Position numbers and translations under genes: made by a program. Source: an uncultured bacterium (GTDB lineage Bacteria > Desulfobacterota_D > UBA1144 > Nemesobacterales > UBA2774). From it: DNA of 64,000 nt. The stretch covers positions 32,001 to 96,000 of the forward strand of contig CAVPJU010000002.1 of the NCBI GenBank assembly GCA_963705505.1, given 5' to 3'. Within the stretch, counting starts at the first letter, position 1; every line of letters begins with the position of its first letter. Under the pieces are notes generated by a model, which saw nothing but the letters and a program-made list of their open reading frames with translations, ran no database searches and was not told where the DNA came from. Positions 28,499 through 38,360 of this stretch are shown here, one piece after another.

Positions 28499-29119
28499 AT
28501 GAGAAAGATCATATTCTTACTTCCCTTACTTGTGTTCGCATCCTGCGCGAAGCATCAGAGCGTCTACACCTCCGATTCTCACAAGGTGAGTAATCAGCAT
28601 TCCTATGACGATAAGAAAGACGATATGGAAGCGTCAATCGTTACAGCCGGGAAAACAGAGCAGCACGTCAATTTCAATGCCCCTTTGAACAGCGTCTATA
28701 ACGCCGCGCTCAAGAGCGTCGATTTCCTCAAATGGCCGATTGCCTTCTCGGACGAGGAGGAAGGCACGATACGCTTGAAGGAAGCCTACGTTTACAATAA
28801 GGACGGCAAGCTCTTCAGGTCGTACACATATCCGTCTAAATCCGACACCAGGAATTCGAATATAAACTATTATCTGGAAAGGGTCGCCAGATATACGGCC
28901 GGTACGGCCGATACCATCTTCACGCAGGAGAACCTTAAAATCACTTTAAAAAAGGTCTCGGACACAGCGACTGACCTGAAAATCGATTATACGATCAGAC
29001 CCTACGCAATGGAGGGAGTCATCGGATACGAGGTCTTGTCGAACGGGTACATCGAGTCCCTCATTATAGAGAATATGAAGGAAGCCCTCGCGGGCAAAAA
29101 ACCGATCGCGAGGAACTGA
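28499..29119 (+). CDS. Lipoprotein of unknown function
   Basis: RBS GAGG, FASC lipobox. Confidence 0.85.
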   Translation: MRKIIFLLPLLVFASCAKHQSVYTSDSHKVSNQHSYDDKKDDMEASIVTAGKTEQHVNFNAPLNSVYNAALKSVDFLKWPIAFSDEEEGTIRLKEAYVYNKDGKLFRSYTYPSKSDTRNSNINYYLERVARYTAGTADTIFTQENLKITLKKVSDTATDLKIDYTIRPYAMEGVIGYEVLSNGYIESLIIENMKEALAGKKPIARN

Positions 29120-29122
29120 GAA

Positions 29123-29284
29123 ATGAATACCCTCCTCGTAGCGCTGGGTATACTCGTTTGCTTCGGGGTGCTTTTCTGGCTCGACAGGTACTATAAGGAC
29201 TCAGGGGATAAAAAGGACACGGAGCAGCTTAATCCTCCCGACTCCGGCGGGGATGATCCGGGATCCGATTCAGAAGCTGTATAA
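29123..29284 (+). CDS. 53-aa single-TM small protein (not in the ORF track)
   Basis: MNTLLVALGILVCFGVLFWLDRYYKDSGDKKDTEQLNPPDSGGDDPGSDSEAV*, starting 3 nt after the previous stop. Confidence 0.65.
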   Translation: MNTLLVALGILVCFGVLFWLDRYYKDSGDKKDTEQLNPPDSGGDDPGSDSEAV

Positions 29285-29303
29285 CACACTGATACCTCGA
29301 TTC

Positions 29304-30308
29304 TCACGGCTTGAACAGACCCATGTGAGTAATTATCTCGTCCATGTTCTTGTGGGCGGCTTCGTTCGCCCTTTTGGTGCCTTCCCTCAGTATGTCCCTC
29401 ACGTCGTCGGGCCTCTTCTCGAATTCACGTCTCCGCTCCCTTATGGGCTCGATGAGACCGTTTATCGCTTTAGCCAGCTTCTTCTTCACCTCGACGTCCC
29501 CGACGTTTCCCGTCCTGTACCTCTGCTTTAAGTCTTCGACCTCTTCCTTATCGGTATTGAAAGCGTCGTGGTAGACGAATACGGGGTTGCCTTCCACGGT
29601 GCCGGGAATATCGGCGCGTATGCGCTTGGGGTCCGTGTACATGCTCCTCACGCGGGCCTCGACCTCCTTCGGCTCGTCCGAGAGGTAGATGCAGTTGTCG
29701 AGGCTCTTCGACATCTTCCTGTTGCCGTCCGTGCCGACGAGACGCGAAGTCTCGCTTACCACCGGCTCGGGCTCGGTGAAGAATTCGCCGTAGAGGAAAT
29801 TGAACCTTCTTGCGAGCTCGCGTGTGAGCTCGACGTGGCTCAGCTGGTCCTCCCCCACCGGGACCTTCGTGGCCTTGAACATCAGTATGTCCGCAGCCAT
29901 GAGGACGGGGTATCCGAGGAGACCGACCGAATAATTCTCACCGACGCCCATGTCCTGAACCTTTTCCTTGAGAGTGGGTATCCTCTCCGCGCGCGGGACG
30001 CCGCAGATCATGGCGAGTATCGCGTATAGCTCCGTGATGTAGGGTATCTGGGACTGTATATAGAATGTCGATTTATTCGGGTCCATGCCGACGGAGAGCC
30101 AGTCGATCACCATCTCGATCGTGTTGCGCTCGACCTCGCCTACTTTGTCGTAATGGGTCGTGAGCATGTGGAGGTCGGCTACGAGGAAGTAGCAGTCGTA
30201 GTCGTCCTGGAACTTTATGCGGTTCAGGAGCGAGCCTACGAGGTGGCCCAGGTGCAGGCGCCCGGTGGGCCTGTCCCCGGTCACCAGAATCGGTTTACCC
30301 TTTGACAT
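29304..30308 (-). CDS. trpS: Tryptophan--tRNA ligase
   Basis: TGDRPTGRLHLGH, YPVLMAADI, VPVGEDQ, KMSKS. Confidence 0.98.
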   Translation of the reverse strand: MSKGKPILVTGDRPTGRLHLGHLVGSLLNRIKFQDDYDCYFLVADLHMLTTHYDKVGEVERNTIEMVIDWLSVGMDPNKSTFYIQSQIPYITELYAILAMICGVPRAERIPTLKEKVQDMGVGENYSVGLLGYPVLMAADILMFKATKVPVGEDQLSHVELTRELARRFNFLYGEFFTEPEPVVSETSRLVGTDGNRKMSKSLDNCIYLSDEPKEVEARVRSMYTDPKRIRADIPGTVEGNPVFVYHDAFNTDKEEVEDLKQRYRTGNVGDVEVKKKLAKAINGLIEPIRERRREFEKRPDDVRDILREGTKRANEAAHKNMDEIITHMGLFKP

Positions 30309-30458
30309 GAATCCGATACTCCTTATGTTTTATCCGGCTGATTAAGGGCATTAATATACACAATTTGTGAATTAATTCCGATATAGTTCACAATATTTGA
30401 ATTGTAATGAGTTTTAGATGGCAATCAGATTGAGTATTTCACATTTAATAAAAAGATT

Positions 30459-30680
30459 AGATCCTGAAGCGAGCCCGCCCTGAACTCGATTCAGGGTTCA
30501 GGATGACGGATAAGCTACCCCCACCCGCGCCCTCCCCCTCCCAGGGGGAGGGAATTAACGGAAAAGCCTGGATTTCTCAAGCACGTTCGAAATGACAACG
30601 ATTTGACCCGTCGGCCCTTCGACACGCTCAGGACGAACGGGGCTTTGAAAGGAATGGATTCCCGATTTCTCGGGAATGAC
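30459..30680. repeat. Mosaic of at least five palindromic REP-like units
   Basis: AGATCCTGAA..TTCAGGATGAC; CCCTCCCCC..GGGGGAGGGAATT; GGATTTC..GAAATGAC; CCCTTCGACACGCTCAGG; GGATTCCCG..CGGGAATGAC. Confidence 0.8.
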
Positions 30681-30740
30681 AGAATTGAAGCATACTATTG
30701 GGTGGCTTGCGCTGACTCGCTATGGCAAACATAATTATTA

Positions 30741-31190
30741 TTGTTGACGAAAAAACCTAAACCCCGAATCTTCTCGATCGGGCATTCGAATAGAGAGCTT
30801 GATGAATTCGCCGCGATTCTCAAACACTACGGCATAGAAGCACTCGCGGACATAAGGAGCTATCCGCGCTCGAAGCGTAACCCGCAATTCGACACGGAGC
30901 AGCTCGAAAAGGAGCTTCCCTCACGGGGCATAGAGTATGTGTGGATAAGGGGACTCGGCGGGATGCGCGAGGGCGGCTACGAGGAATACATGAAGACCGC
31001 GGAATTCGAGGAGGGGCTGAACACTCTCAAGTCTTTAGCGAGGGAGAAAAAGACGGTATTCATGTGCGCCGAGCTTGACTGGAGGAGCTGCCACAGGAGC
31101 TTCGTCTCAGGGGCATTGCACAAGCTCAGGTGGGAGGTCGTACATATTTACGACGGGAACGAATCGGAGTCTCACTCGGGCCTATTTTGA
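30741..31190 (+). CDS. DUF488-family protein
   Basis: SIGHSNR, DIRSYP.S, LGG.R, MCAE....CHR. Confidence 0.9.
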   Translation: MLTKKPKPRIFSIGHSNRELDEFAAILKHYGIEALADIRSYPRSKRNPQFDTEQLEKELPSRGIEYVWIRGLGGMREGGYEEYMKTAEFEEGLNTLKSLAREKKTVFMCAELDWRSCHRSFVSGALHKLRWEVVHIYDGNESESHSGLF

Positions 31191-31970
31191 TTTCTCCGGC
31201 GTTTTCGACGGTCCGGGCGCGGGCTGCACGCCCTTTGCGTCTTTCGGATTATAGCCGCAGACGAATTCCTCTATGGTGGCGCTCACCGAATTTGCCGGTA
31301 TTGGGCTTTTGTTGGTGCCGATGTTCTCCATGTACACCATCTTCCCGAGCGAGTCGTAGAACTTCGATGACTTATACGCATAAGTCTTCTCACCGCAGTT
31401 GATCGCGGAGGCTATCATGACTTCCCTGTAGACGAGCCCGTCCGTGTCCTTCTGGTCCTCCTTGAAAACGAGCCTGCTCCATGAATAAACCTCGCCCTCT
31501 ATCGTGTTTATAGTCGAGGTGTCCACGTAAACGGCGAATTTTCTCTCGGCGTTTACGTCCGTCACCAGGAACCATGCATCGCTGTCGCGGGACGCAGGCG
31601 CCACATGTTCCGAGGGGGGAAGCGTAGGCAGCGCGCCGGGCTCCGCGGGAACGGGCGCGCCGTCAGAATCACGCTCGCTCACGTTCGCTGCGACCGAAGT
31701 CCCCGGGGTTACCGCGTCCGTATTAACGACGGGCTCCTCTATTTCCTTCCCGGCGCAGGAGAGAATAGGAGCCGTCATGCATAAAGCCAGGAATAATGCC
31801 GCGGGCTTCGTCCCTTTAATGAGGGAAGCGTACCGGCGATACATGAATAGAAGGGATTTTAGCAATCTGCGCGTCTTTTTCATCGGGGCAATCCTCGCCG
31901 CGTCGGGCTGCTGCTCAGCGGGGAATAGCGAAGCCGTAATCCGCTCCGCACAGGCATCATTCCCCGGCAT
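31182..31970 (-). CDS. Probable lipoprotein with surface-adhesin-E-like C-terminal domain
   Basis: ILSC lipobox, Pro-rich linker, YVDTSTI...W...INC...FVC pattern; true start likely downstream of 31970. Confidence 0.65.
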   Translation of the reverse strand: MPGNDACAERITASLFPAEQQPDAARIAPMKKTRRLLKSLLFMYRRYASLIKGTKPAALFLALCMTAPILSCAGKEIEEPVVNTDAVTPGTSVAANVSERDSDGAPVPAEPGALPTLPPSEHVAPASRDSDAWFLVTDVNAERKFAVYVDTSTINTIEGEVYSWSRLVFKEDQKDTDGLVYREVMIASAINCGEKTYAYKSSKFYDSLGKMVYMENIGTNKSPIPANSVSATIEEFVCGYNPKDAKGVQPAPGPSKTPEKSK

Positions 31971-31996
31971 ATTTACGCTGTTTTAAATACGGATGG

Positions 31997-32644
31997 TCAA
32001 TTCCCGGTGTCCTGGGTCTCCGTCACGGGCCGGCTGGTCAGCCCGGAGGTGGTCTTCCTCGTATCGGGCGACTGCATGGATTGGTATTTACTGTGTTTCC
32101 TCATCTGAATGAGGTTTTGCTGATACTTGGACAGCGATGCGCTGAGGGTTTTATAATTTTCCTTGCCGACGGTATCCCTGAGGGACACAAGACCGTCGAT
32201 ATACTGGTCCGCGACTTTTTTGCTTGCGGCGTTCACGTTTTCAATCTCCTTCTTCACCTGCGCCGGATCGAAAGAAGGGTCCTCGATCATTTTCAAAATA
32301 CCCATTTGCGCCTGTCTGATATCGCTCTCTTGCTTGGACATGGGTATTACGTATTCCTTGCGAAGTCCCGATACCTTTTGCTTCTGATCATCCGTGATAT
32401 CCATATTTATAGCCCCGCCGACCATATCGTTCAGCATCTTGCTGTACTTTCCGGTGGTGAAAGGGCTCGAGGGCACTGAAAGCATCTGGGGCTGGGGCTT
32501 GGTCTGATTTTTTATGTCCTGAGCGGCGGCGGCGAAGGAAAACCCCGCAGCAAGCGCTGAAATAATCAATGTAAAGGCTACTGCTCTCATTAAACTACCT
32601 CCGTTGTGGTGTATGGCGTTATAGTGTAACCAATGATTTAGCAA
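31997..32644 (-). CDS. Spy/CpxP-like periplasmic helical protein
   Basis: Signal peptide (start about 32590), DITDDQKQKV (LTxxQ-like), FDPAQVK. Confidence 0.65.
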   Translation of the reverse strand: MLNHWLHYNAIHHNGGSLMRAVAFTLIISALAAGFSFAAAAQDIKNQTKPQPQMLSVPSSPFTTGKYSKMLNDMVGGAINMDITDDQKQKVSGLRKEYVIPMSKQESDIRQAQMGILKMIEDPSFDPAQVKKEIENVNAASKKVADQYIDGLVSLRDTVGKENYKTLSASLSKYQQNLIQMRKHSKYQSMQSPDTRKTTSGLTSRPVTETQDTGN

Positions 32645-32760
32645 TTTTCGTCAGAAATTTTAACGCCGGCCGATGCGGCATCACGTTAATTATGAATCAT
32701 GCGCATATCAGTGAGACCGGCCCGGGAACCCGCAGCCGGCAGTCCGCATACCGCTGTGCC

Positions 32761-33321
32761 TTACAAAAACGTCGCGGTGAGTCTCGCGATCCTCTCGAAC
32801 CTGCCTTCGCCGATAATAAATCTCGACAGATAGTATTCCGTCGGAGATACGGCGTCCCCGCCTCTTTTCTGGAACGCAACGGAGCAGTAAAGCTCCCTGC
32901 CGTCCGCACTCGCACCGTGAAGTGTGCTTATCCATGTTTTCTCGAGCTCGGACTCGACCCCCATACCCTCGCTCATGGTGAGCGCGTCCGCATGCCCTGT
33001 CCTGAGGTCGATGCGCTGTATGGAGTGCCATTCGTACCCGTCGAAGCCGCCGTTCCTCTTCTGCGCCCGCAGCACGTTCGTGAACACATGGGGGGACGAG
33101 GGGCAGAGCACCGGGTCTTCATAGCTAAGGGAACCGTCCGAGGGAGTTATCTTCAAATACCTGACATCCGAAACGCGGCGCGCCCAGAGGCTCTTCAGCC
33201 CGTAGCCGTTCCCGATGCTCCGGAAGAAATGAGCGAGCACTGTTTCCGAATGGGGGTCGTAGTAAAGCTGGAGGAAATTATTTTCCCCGGAGACACCGAG
33301 GTTATCCCAATTTATTATCAT
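32761..33321 (-). CDS. Hypothetical protein, paralogue of 49367-50065
   Basis: Shared motifs EN.FL.LYY.P.S...LAHF, G.GLKS..AR, LSYED..LCP, GYEWHSIQ, WIS.L, EL.C.V.F. Confidence 0.8.
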   Translation of the reverse strand: MIINWDNLGVSGENNFLQLYYDPHSETVLAHFFRSIGNGYGLKSLWARRVSDVRYLKITPSDGSLSYEDPVLCPSSPHVFTNVLRAQKRNGGFDGYEWHSIQRIDLRTGHADALTMSEGMGVESELEKTWISTLHGASADGRELYCSVAFQKRGGDAVSPTEYYLSRFIIGEGRFERIARLTATFL

Positions 33322-33514
33322 GGATCATCCTCATTACGAATTTTGGATTCAGAGATTCTCTGTCCCGGCCACGGATGCATCACGGGAGAATACTTGCATG
33401 TGCGCACAAGGGACAGAACATTATTAACAATAATATCGGTTTTGTAAAGTATTAATTAAGTAGCGCGTAATTCCGCGGTTTTTGTGAGGGGATAGGCATA
33501 AGGTGGAAAATATT

Positions 33515-33552
33515 CCCCCACCCAAACCCTCCCCCTGGAAAGGGGGAGGGAA
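33515..33552. repeat. REP-like hairpin CCCTCCCCC...GGGGGAGGGA
   Basis: Same family as 30520-30560. Confidence 0.65.
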
Positions 33553-33666
33553 ACAATTGCACGCGGAGGAGTCACCGCCGACACACGGAGAGTATTGAGG
33601 GTACCGAGGAATTCCCCGACCAAATGAGAAGTCCGGTAGAAACCGAATATCAGCACACATTGTGTG

Positions 33667-34713
33667 TCAGGGCGTGAGCACGACCTTTATCGCGTTTTCC
33701 GCCTTGCCGTCCATAAGCTCATAGCCCCTGGGCGCGTCGGAAAGCGGGAGGTCGTGTGTGATTACGGCCGTCGGGTCGATCTTACCCGTCTCGATAAGCG
33801 GCATGAGCTTCCGAATGTAATTTTTTGCGGGACAGACCCCGCCTCTGAACGTAAGGTCTTTCAAATAAAAATTCAGCATCGGTATGGGCAGCTCCTGAAA
33901 CATAAATCCGATGAACGAGATCGTTCCTCCCGGTCTCGCAATTTTAATCGCGTCGAGCACGGCATTGGTCGAACCGATGCACTCGAGAGCTACATCGACT
34001 CCTTCCCCGTGCGTGATCTCCAATATTTTTTCGACGGCGTTTTCTTTCTTGGAGTTCACAGCAACGTCGCAGCCCATCTTTTTTGCCTGATCGAGCCTGA
34101 AGTCGTGGTGCCCGACGGTAATTATACGGGAAGGCCCGAAGAGCCTGGCCGATGCTGTCGCGAGGAGCCCGAGCGGGCCGTCTCCGAACACGACGACCGT
34201 GTTACCGGGCTTTATGTTCCCCCATTCCGCGCAGAAATAAGCCGTAGAAAGTATGTCTCCCAGAAACAGGATCCTGTCGTCCGCAATGTCAGGCGAAACT
34301 TTTTCAAGAGTCGTGTCCGCAAACGGCACTCTCACATACTCAGCCTGGCCTCCCGAGAAACCGCCCAGCTGCTCGCCGAAGCCGAAGCACCCGCCCCCTC
34401 CGGTGCACGAGGTCGGGTAACCGTTCCTGCAGTTCACGCAGACGCCGCAGCTCACCCAGAAAGGGGCGACAACTTTATCCCCTTTTTTGAAATACTTCAC
34501 CCCTTTCCCCGCGTCCTCCACGACTCCCATGAATTCGTGCCCGACTATGAAGCCGTCGTCGAGGGGTATGCTGCCCCTGTAGAAATGGAGATCGGAGCCG
34601 CATATCGCGCTTTTTGTTATTCTCAGGATCACATCGTTCGGGTCCTTCATTTTCGGATCGGGAACCGTCTCGACCCTTACATCTCTCGCACCGTGATAGA
34701 CTGTGGCTTTCAT
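33667..34713 (-). CDS. Zn-dependent alcohol/formaldehyde dehydrogenase (MDR family)
   Basis: ICGSDLH, GHEFMG, C-x2-C-x2-C-x7-C, GGQAEYVRVP, GDGPLG. Confidence 0.95.
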   Translation of the reverse strand: MKATVYHGARDVRVETVPDPKMKDPNDVILRITKSAICGSDLHFYRGSIPLDDGFIVGHEFMGVVEDAGKGVKYFKKGDKVVAPFWVSCGVCVNCRNGYPTSCTGGGGCFGFGEQLGGFSGGQAEYVRVPFADTTLEKVSPDIADDRILFLGDILSTAYFCAEWGNIKPGNTVVVFGDGPLGLLATASARLFGPSRIITVGHHDFRLDQAKKMGCDVAVNSKKENAVEKILEITHGEGVDVALECIGSTNAVLDAIKIARPGGTISFIGFMFQELPIPMLNFYLKDLTFRGGVCPAKNYIRKLMPLIETGKIDPTAVITHDLPLSDAPRGYELMDGKAENAIKVVLTP

Positions 34714-34772
34714 TAGATACCCTCCCTTTTGTTCATCATGTTAACCAATACGATTGTATATACAAAGTATTT

Positions 34773-35308
34773 TTACCGATCCATACGGAGGACGACCCTG
34801 AATTTGGGCTTGCCGTTCATCATCTTTTCGAACGCCTCGTTTACCTTCTCGAGAGGATAAACCTCGACCACCGCCCTCACGCCGGCGAGCCTGCTGAACG
34901 CCAGAGTCTCCTCGAGTCTTTGGCGTGCCCCGAGTACCATCCGAGGATCGACTTCTTGCCCATCAACAGCATCGCGAGGTGTCCGAGCCCTCCCACACCG
35001 AGCACGGCGACGAGCTCGCCCGCCCTCGCACCCGAGTGCCAGCCAACTCCAACCCTCTGTCCCTCCTTCCAGCCGTCCACTCCCCGGCCCACTTTATCAA
35101 TATGCCCTATAACCTCATGGCCCGGAACCCTGGGATAATCGATGCCATACGGCCATTCCCCGGTTTGTACCACATCATCGCTATGGCATATGCCGCAGGC
35201 CTCGACCTTTATTCTAACCTGACCTTCTCCCGGCTCCGGTATCTCCCTCTCGACTATTTCAAAATCCTTACCCGGCTCGGTTATTTGCGCAGCTCTCATT
35301 GTAGCCAT
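34773..35308 (-). pseudogene. Zn-dependent alcohol dehydrogenase pseudogene with two large internal deletions and a frameshift
   Basis: CGICHSD...PGHE...VGVGWH|SGARAG...GLGHLA|MLLMG...SGHAKDS, then a shifted frame VRAVVEVYPLEK...FRVVLRMDR*; about half of the normal length. Confidence 0.88.
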
Positions 35309-35369
35309 GGGATTCACTCCTTCTATCGGGATATTTTTCTAAGGGTAATGGAGGTAACTTTCATGTCAA

Positions 35370-35723
35370 CTACAAATACCCCTCCATCCAGCGCTTGAGC
35401 ACCGAGAGGACGTATTCTTTTTCCTCATCCGTAAGAGCATGTCCCGCGGCGGGTATCCCGTGCCACTTCATGAGGCATTTTCTGCAGCAGGAAGCCGTCG
35501 CGTGCTGGGCGATGAATACGGGGTGGTTCCGCATCGGGGTCTGCTTCCCGTCATTGGGCGGGTCTGCGGGGGCGAGCCTCTCGTCTATGAACGCCCTCGC
35601 GTGCGTCATGACCGTGTCGATACCCTTTTCCCTGAGGTAGAGAAGCTCCTTACCGCGGAGCGCAAACCGCGAGCGGAAGGGAGACTTCTTCAGCTTCGCC
35701 AATAATTTATCTGGATCGCGCAT
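35370..35723 (-). CDS. DUF4186-family protein
   Basis: SPFRSRF, NDGKQTPMRNHPVFIAQHATASCCRKCL.KWH. Confidence 0.93.
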   Translation of the reverse strand: MRDPDKLLAKLKKSPFRSRFALRGKELLYLREKGIDTVMTHARAFIDERLAPADPPNDGKQTPMRNHPVFIAQHATASCCRKCLMKWHGIPAAGHALTDEEKEYVLSVLKRWMEGYL

Positions 35724-35775
35724 GATCTATTTTCAGGAGAGATTGCCGCTCCTGCAAACGGGAGGAAAGATTATA

Positions 35776-35889
35776 AAATCCACCCTGACCAATTTTGTAA
35801 GCAACACTCACCGAACCCTCTCCTCGTTGTCGAGAGCTACGGCATCATGCTCGCCTGTCCGCTTCGCTCCCTACAAAGGAGGGAATTAA
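35776..35889. repeat. REP-like element with an internal insert of about 80 nt
   Basis: Ends AAATCCACCCTGACC...TACAAAGGAGGGAATT match 6990-7029 and 61692-61823. Confidence 0.65.
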
Positions 35890-35935
35890 AAGAAAAGGAC
35901 AGGCACCGAAACGTGGTAACGTCCCAATATTCTTA

Positions 35936-36325
35936 CTAATCCATTTTCTCTACCCATTTGGTGCGCCAGTCCGGAGCCTCGAACGGCTCGCTCCAGTACG
36001 CGGTTTCCTTGGCGATCTTACCGTCACGGAACTCGAAAATGAAGACAGCCTTATAAACCGCGCCGCCGCCGTAGTCAAGGGACGCTTCCGCGACCACGAG
36101 ATCGCCCTGGCTGATCATACGGCGGGGGGTAATGGTCGGCAGCGCCGGAAACGCGCCGTATATAGCCCGCCTGTTGTCAGCGCCTACGATCCGCTCGCTC
36201 GACTGCGGCCAGTCCATCACGGCGTCGTCGTGGAATAACTCGTCCATGACCTGCACTTTCTTGCCGTTGATACACTCTATCAAACGCTCGATGACCTTCT
36301 CGTTCTTCTTATTTTCCCCTGCCAT
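35936..36325 (-). CDS. SnoaL/NTF2-like protein
   Basis: DWPQSSERIVG, FEFRDGKIAKETAYW..PFEAPDWR. Confidence 0.9.
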   Translation of the reverse strand: MAGENKKNEKVIERLIECINGKKVQVMDELFHDDAVMDWPQSSERIVGADNRRAIYGAFPALPTITPRRMISQGDLVVAEASLDYGGGAVYKAVFIFEFRDGKIAKETAYWSEPFEAPDWRTKWVEKMD

Positions 36326-36494
36326 AGCACACGCCTCCTGGTACTGTTCCCTCGGGGACCAGATATAAAGACTATAGTAGATTTGGAAAGAAAAAGTCAA
36401 CGGGGATAAGGTTTGCGCATCTATCGTTAGACCCAATGCTGTTTTATAATAACCTTGCGGGAGACGATAGTTGCGAATGTCCCCCTGACAGCAG

Positions 36495-37295
36495 ATGAAC
36501 GACGACGGAATATTAACGAGACGCGCTTTTCTACTCTACCTCATACCGGTCCTCATCGGGGCGCTCGTGGGGGTATTCTTCCTCATCCCCGTAAACGCGC
36601 TCGTGTTCTTCTACGAGCACGGGCCGGGGGAGACATCGGCGCTTAAATACGCGACTGACGAGCTCATGCGGGCGCTTACGGGCGGCTTGCCCCTGAAGAC
36701 CCTCTTTTACGCGTGCGTGGGCGCGTTCCTGGGATTGGTATCCGCCGTCTTCTACAGCTCCTTCTACAGGAGCGCGCTACAGATAAGGAAGCTCTCGGGA
36801 GAGCTCGAGAAGGACGTCCTCGCTCTCATCGCGCACGGCGAGGGGGAGTCGATAGAGTTCAAGGCCACGTTCAAATGGGACGTGAAGGAATCGAGGGCGA
36901 ACCGCGCCGTGGAGGACGCCGCGCTCAAGTCTCTCGCCGGGTTCATGAACGCCGACGGGGGGACGCTGATAATAGGCGTGTCGGACACGGGGGAGGTAAC
37001 GGGGCTCGGGCACGACTATGCAATACTCAGAAGGAAGGACAGGGACGGCTTCGCGCAGGAGGTCATGAATGCCGTATCGCAGAAGCTCGGCACCGACGCG
37101 TGCCGGTACGTGCATCTGGTGTTTCACTCGGTCGCGGGCAAGGACGTGTGCAGGATCATAACGAGCCCTTCGAGCAGGCCCGTTTACCTGAAAGAGGGAA
37201 ACGACATGAAGTTTTACCTCCGCACGGGGATGAGCACCCGCGGGCTCAACATACCCGAGGCAGTCGAGTTCATCTCTGCGAGGTGGGGGAAATAA
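36495..37295 (+). CDS. Membrane-anchored Schlafen/AlbA_2-domain protein
   Basis: Two N-terminal TM helices; GEGESIEFKAT, FMNADGGTLIIGVSD, FYLRTG. Confidence 0.85.
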   Translation: MNDDGILTRRAFLLYLIPVLIGALVGVFFLIPVNALVFFYEHGPGETSALKYATDELMRALTGGLPLKTLFYACVGAFLGLVSAVFYSSFYRSALQIRKLSGELEKDVLALIAHGEGESIEFKATFKWDVKESRANRAVEDAALKSLAGFMNADGGTLIIGVSDTGEVTGLGHDYAILRRKDRDGFAQEVMNAVSQKLGTDACRYVHLVFHSVAGKDVCRIITSPSSRPVYLKEGNDMKFYLRTGMSTRGLNIPEAVEFISARWGK

Positions 37296-37362
37296 ACGCC
37301 TCCCCGCATCCTGTGGGGGGACGTAAGCCATATCTAGCCCTTTCGAATTATTACAAAGATAA

Positions 37363-37800
37363 TTACGCCGTGCTCAGCATATCGCAGTACTTGTCGAATG
37401 CCGAGAGCGTGCTTTCGAGCGTCTTTCTGTGATATCTCTGCAGATTCCTCATGTGCCTTTCGGTCTTCTTCTTTTTCATCTCGATGAATTCCCTGCTGAA
37501 CTCGCCGATGTTCTGCATATGCTCAGAGATTGGGCTCAGGTGATGCTCGAAGGGTTTTATCATCGGATGAACCTCGAGCACGTTTTTCATGAAATCGAGA
37601 CACCCGAGCTGAATCGCGAGCCATAGCTCGAACTGCATGTCCATGGCCTTCAAAGCTTCTTTCAAAAAGTTCTTGTTAATCTCCATCAATCCGAGATATT
37701 GTTCTTTTGCCGTCTCCGCCTGCTCCCTGACCTTCTCGCCGACGTCGACAACCTTGAGGCCGCTTTCTGTTCTTTTTCTCATGATGGCCCTCCTTAACAC
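37363..37800 (-). CDS. Helical hypothetical protein (phasin-like pattern)
   Basis: Amphipathic all-helical ORF; RBS AAGGAGG before ATG at about 37781. Confidence 0.65.
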   Translation of the reverse strand: MLRRAIMRKRTESGLKVVDVGEKVREQAETAKEQYLGLMEINKNFLKEALKAMDMQFELWLAIQLGCLDFMKNVLEVHPMIKPFEHHLSPISEHMQNIGEFSREFIEMKKKKTERHMRNLQRYHRKTLESTLSAFDKYCDMLSTA

Positions 37801-37820
37801 CTTTTTCTTAATATTATATA

Positions 37821-37836
37821 TGCACGGAGCGTGCCG
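37821..37836 (-). promoter_or_regulatory. Possible sigma54 promoter
   Basis: Minus strand CGGCACgctccGTGCA. Confidence 0.5.
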
Positions 37837-37988
37837 TAAACAGTGCGCTTATAAATTAAGTATTTTACGGGTCATTCCGTGTCCGCGTACCGCATCATGA
37901 TTTTAAAACCGTGTAGGGTGTCAGATTATCTTACGAATATGGCGGAGGTAAATTCCGCTCTAACGAGACGACAAATGCCTGAACAATC

Positions 37989-38360
37989 CTACTCTTCCGG
38001 TTCCGTAAGACCGAGCGCGTCGAGGAGCCTCTTGCGTAGCTCGCATGCCTCGGGTGCGCGGCTCTGCGGGTACTTCTCACTGGGATATTTTTCTATCGCT
38101 TCTTCGAGCGACCTGAGTTTGTGATCGGACGCGTTCGATATCACGCTCATAAAGCTCGGGTGTATGTCCGCCTCGAGCTCCAGGTAATCGATGTAATGGT
38201 GTACGGGAGGGGTGCACATGACTGTCAGGGGACTGCAGAGGACGCCCTTCCCCCTTATGTCCGTGTGCTCGGCGAACGGGGACGGCTGGTGGAGGAACCA
38301 TTCGACCTTGTCCTTGTGCTTCATGAACTCTTCCATGAACTCGTCAACGGTGTTTATCAT
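37989..38360 (-). CDS. Hypothetical protein
   Basis: 123-aa ORF with host-like codon bias. Confidence 0.7.
   Translation of the reverse strand: MINTVDEFMEEFMKHKDKVEWFLHQPSPFAEHTDIRGKGVLCSPLTVMCTPPVHHYIDYLELEADIHPSFMSVISNASDHKLRSLEEAIEKYPSEKYPQSRAPEACELRKRLLDALGLTEPEE

Noticed and set aside
30459..30680. Possible CRISPR array
   Set aside because: Units differ from one another, there is no constant repeat-spacer period, and no cas genes are present
33664..34716. Long antisense ORFs (also 20668-21753, 11225-12157, 42871-43797 and others)
   Set aside because: Shadow frames of well-supported genes, expected from codon bias in GC-rich DNA
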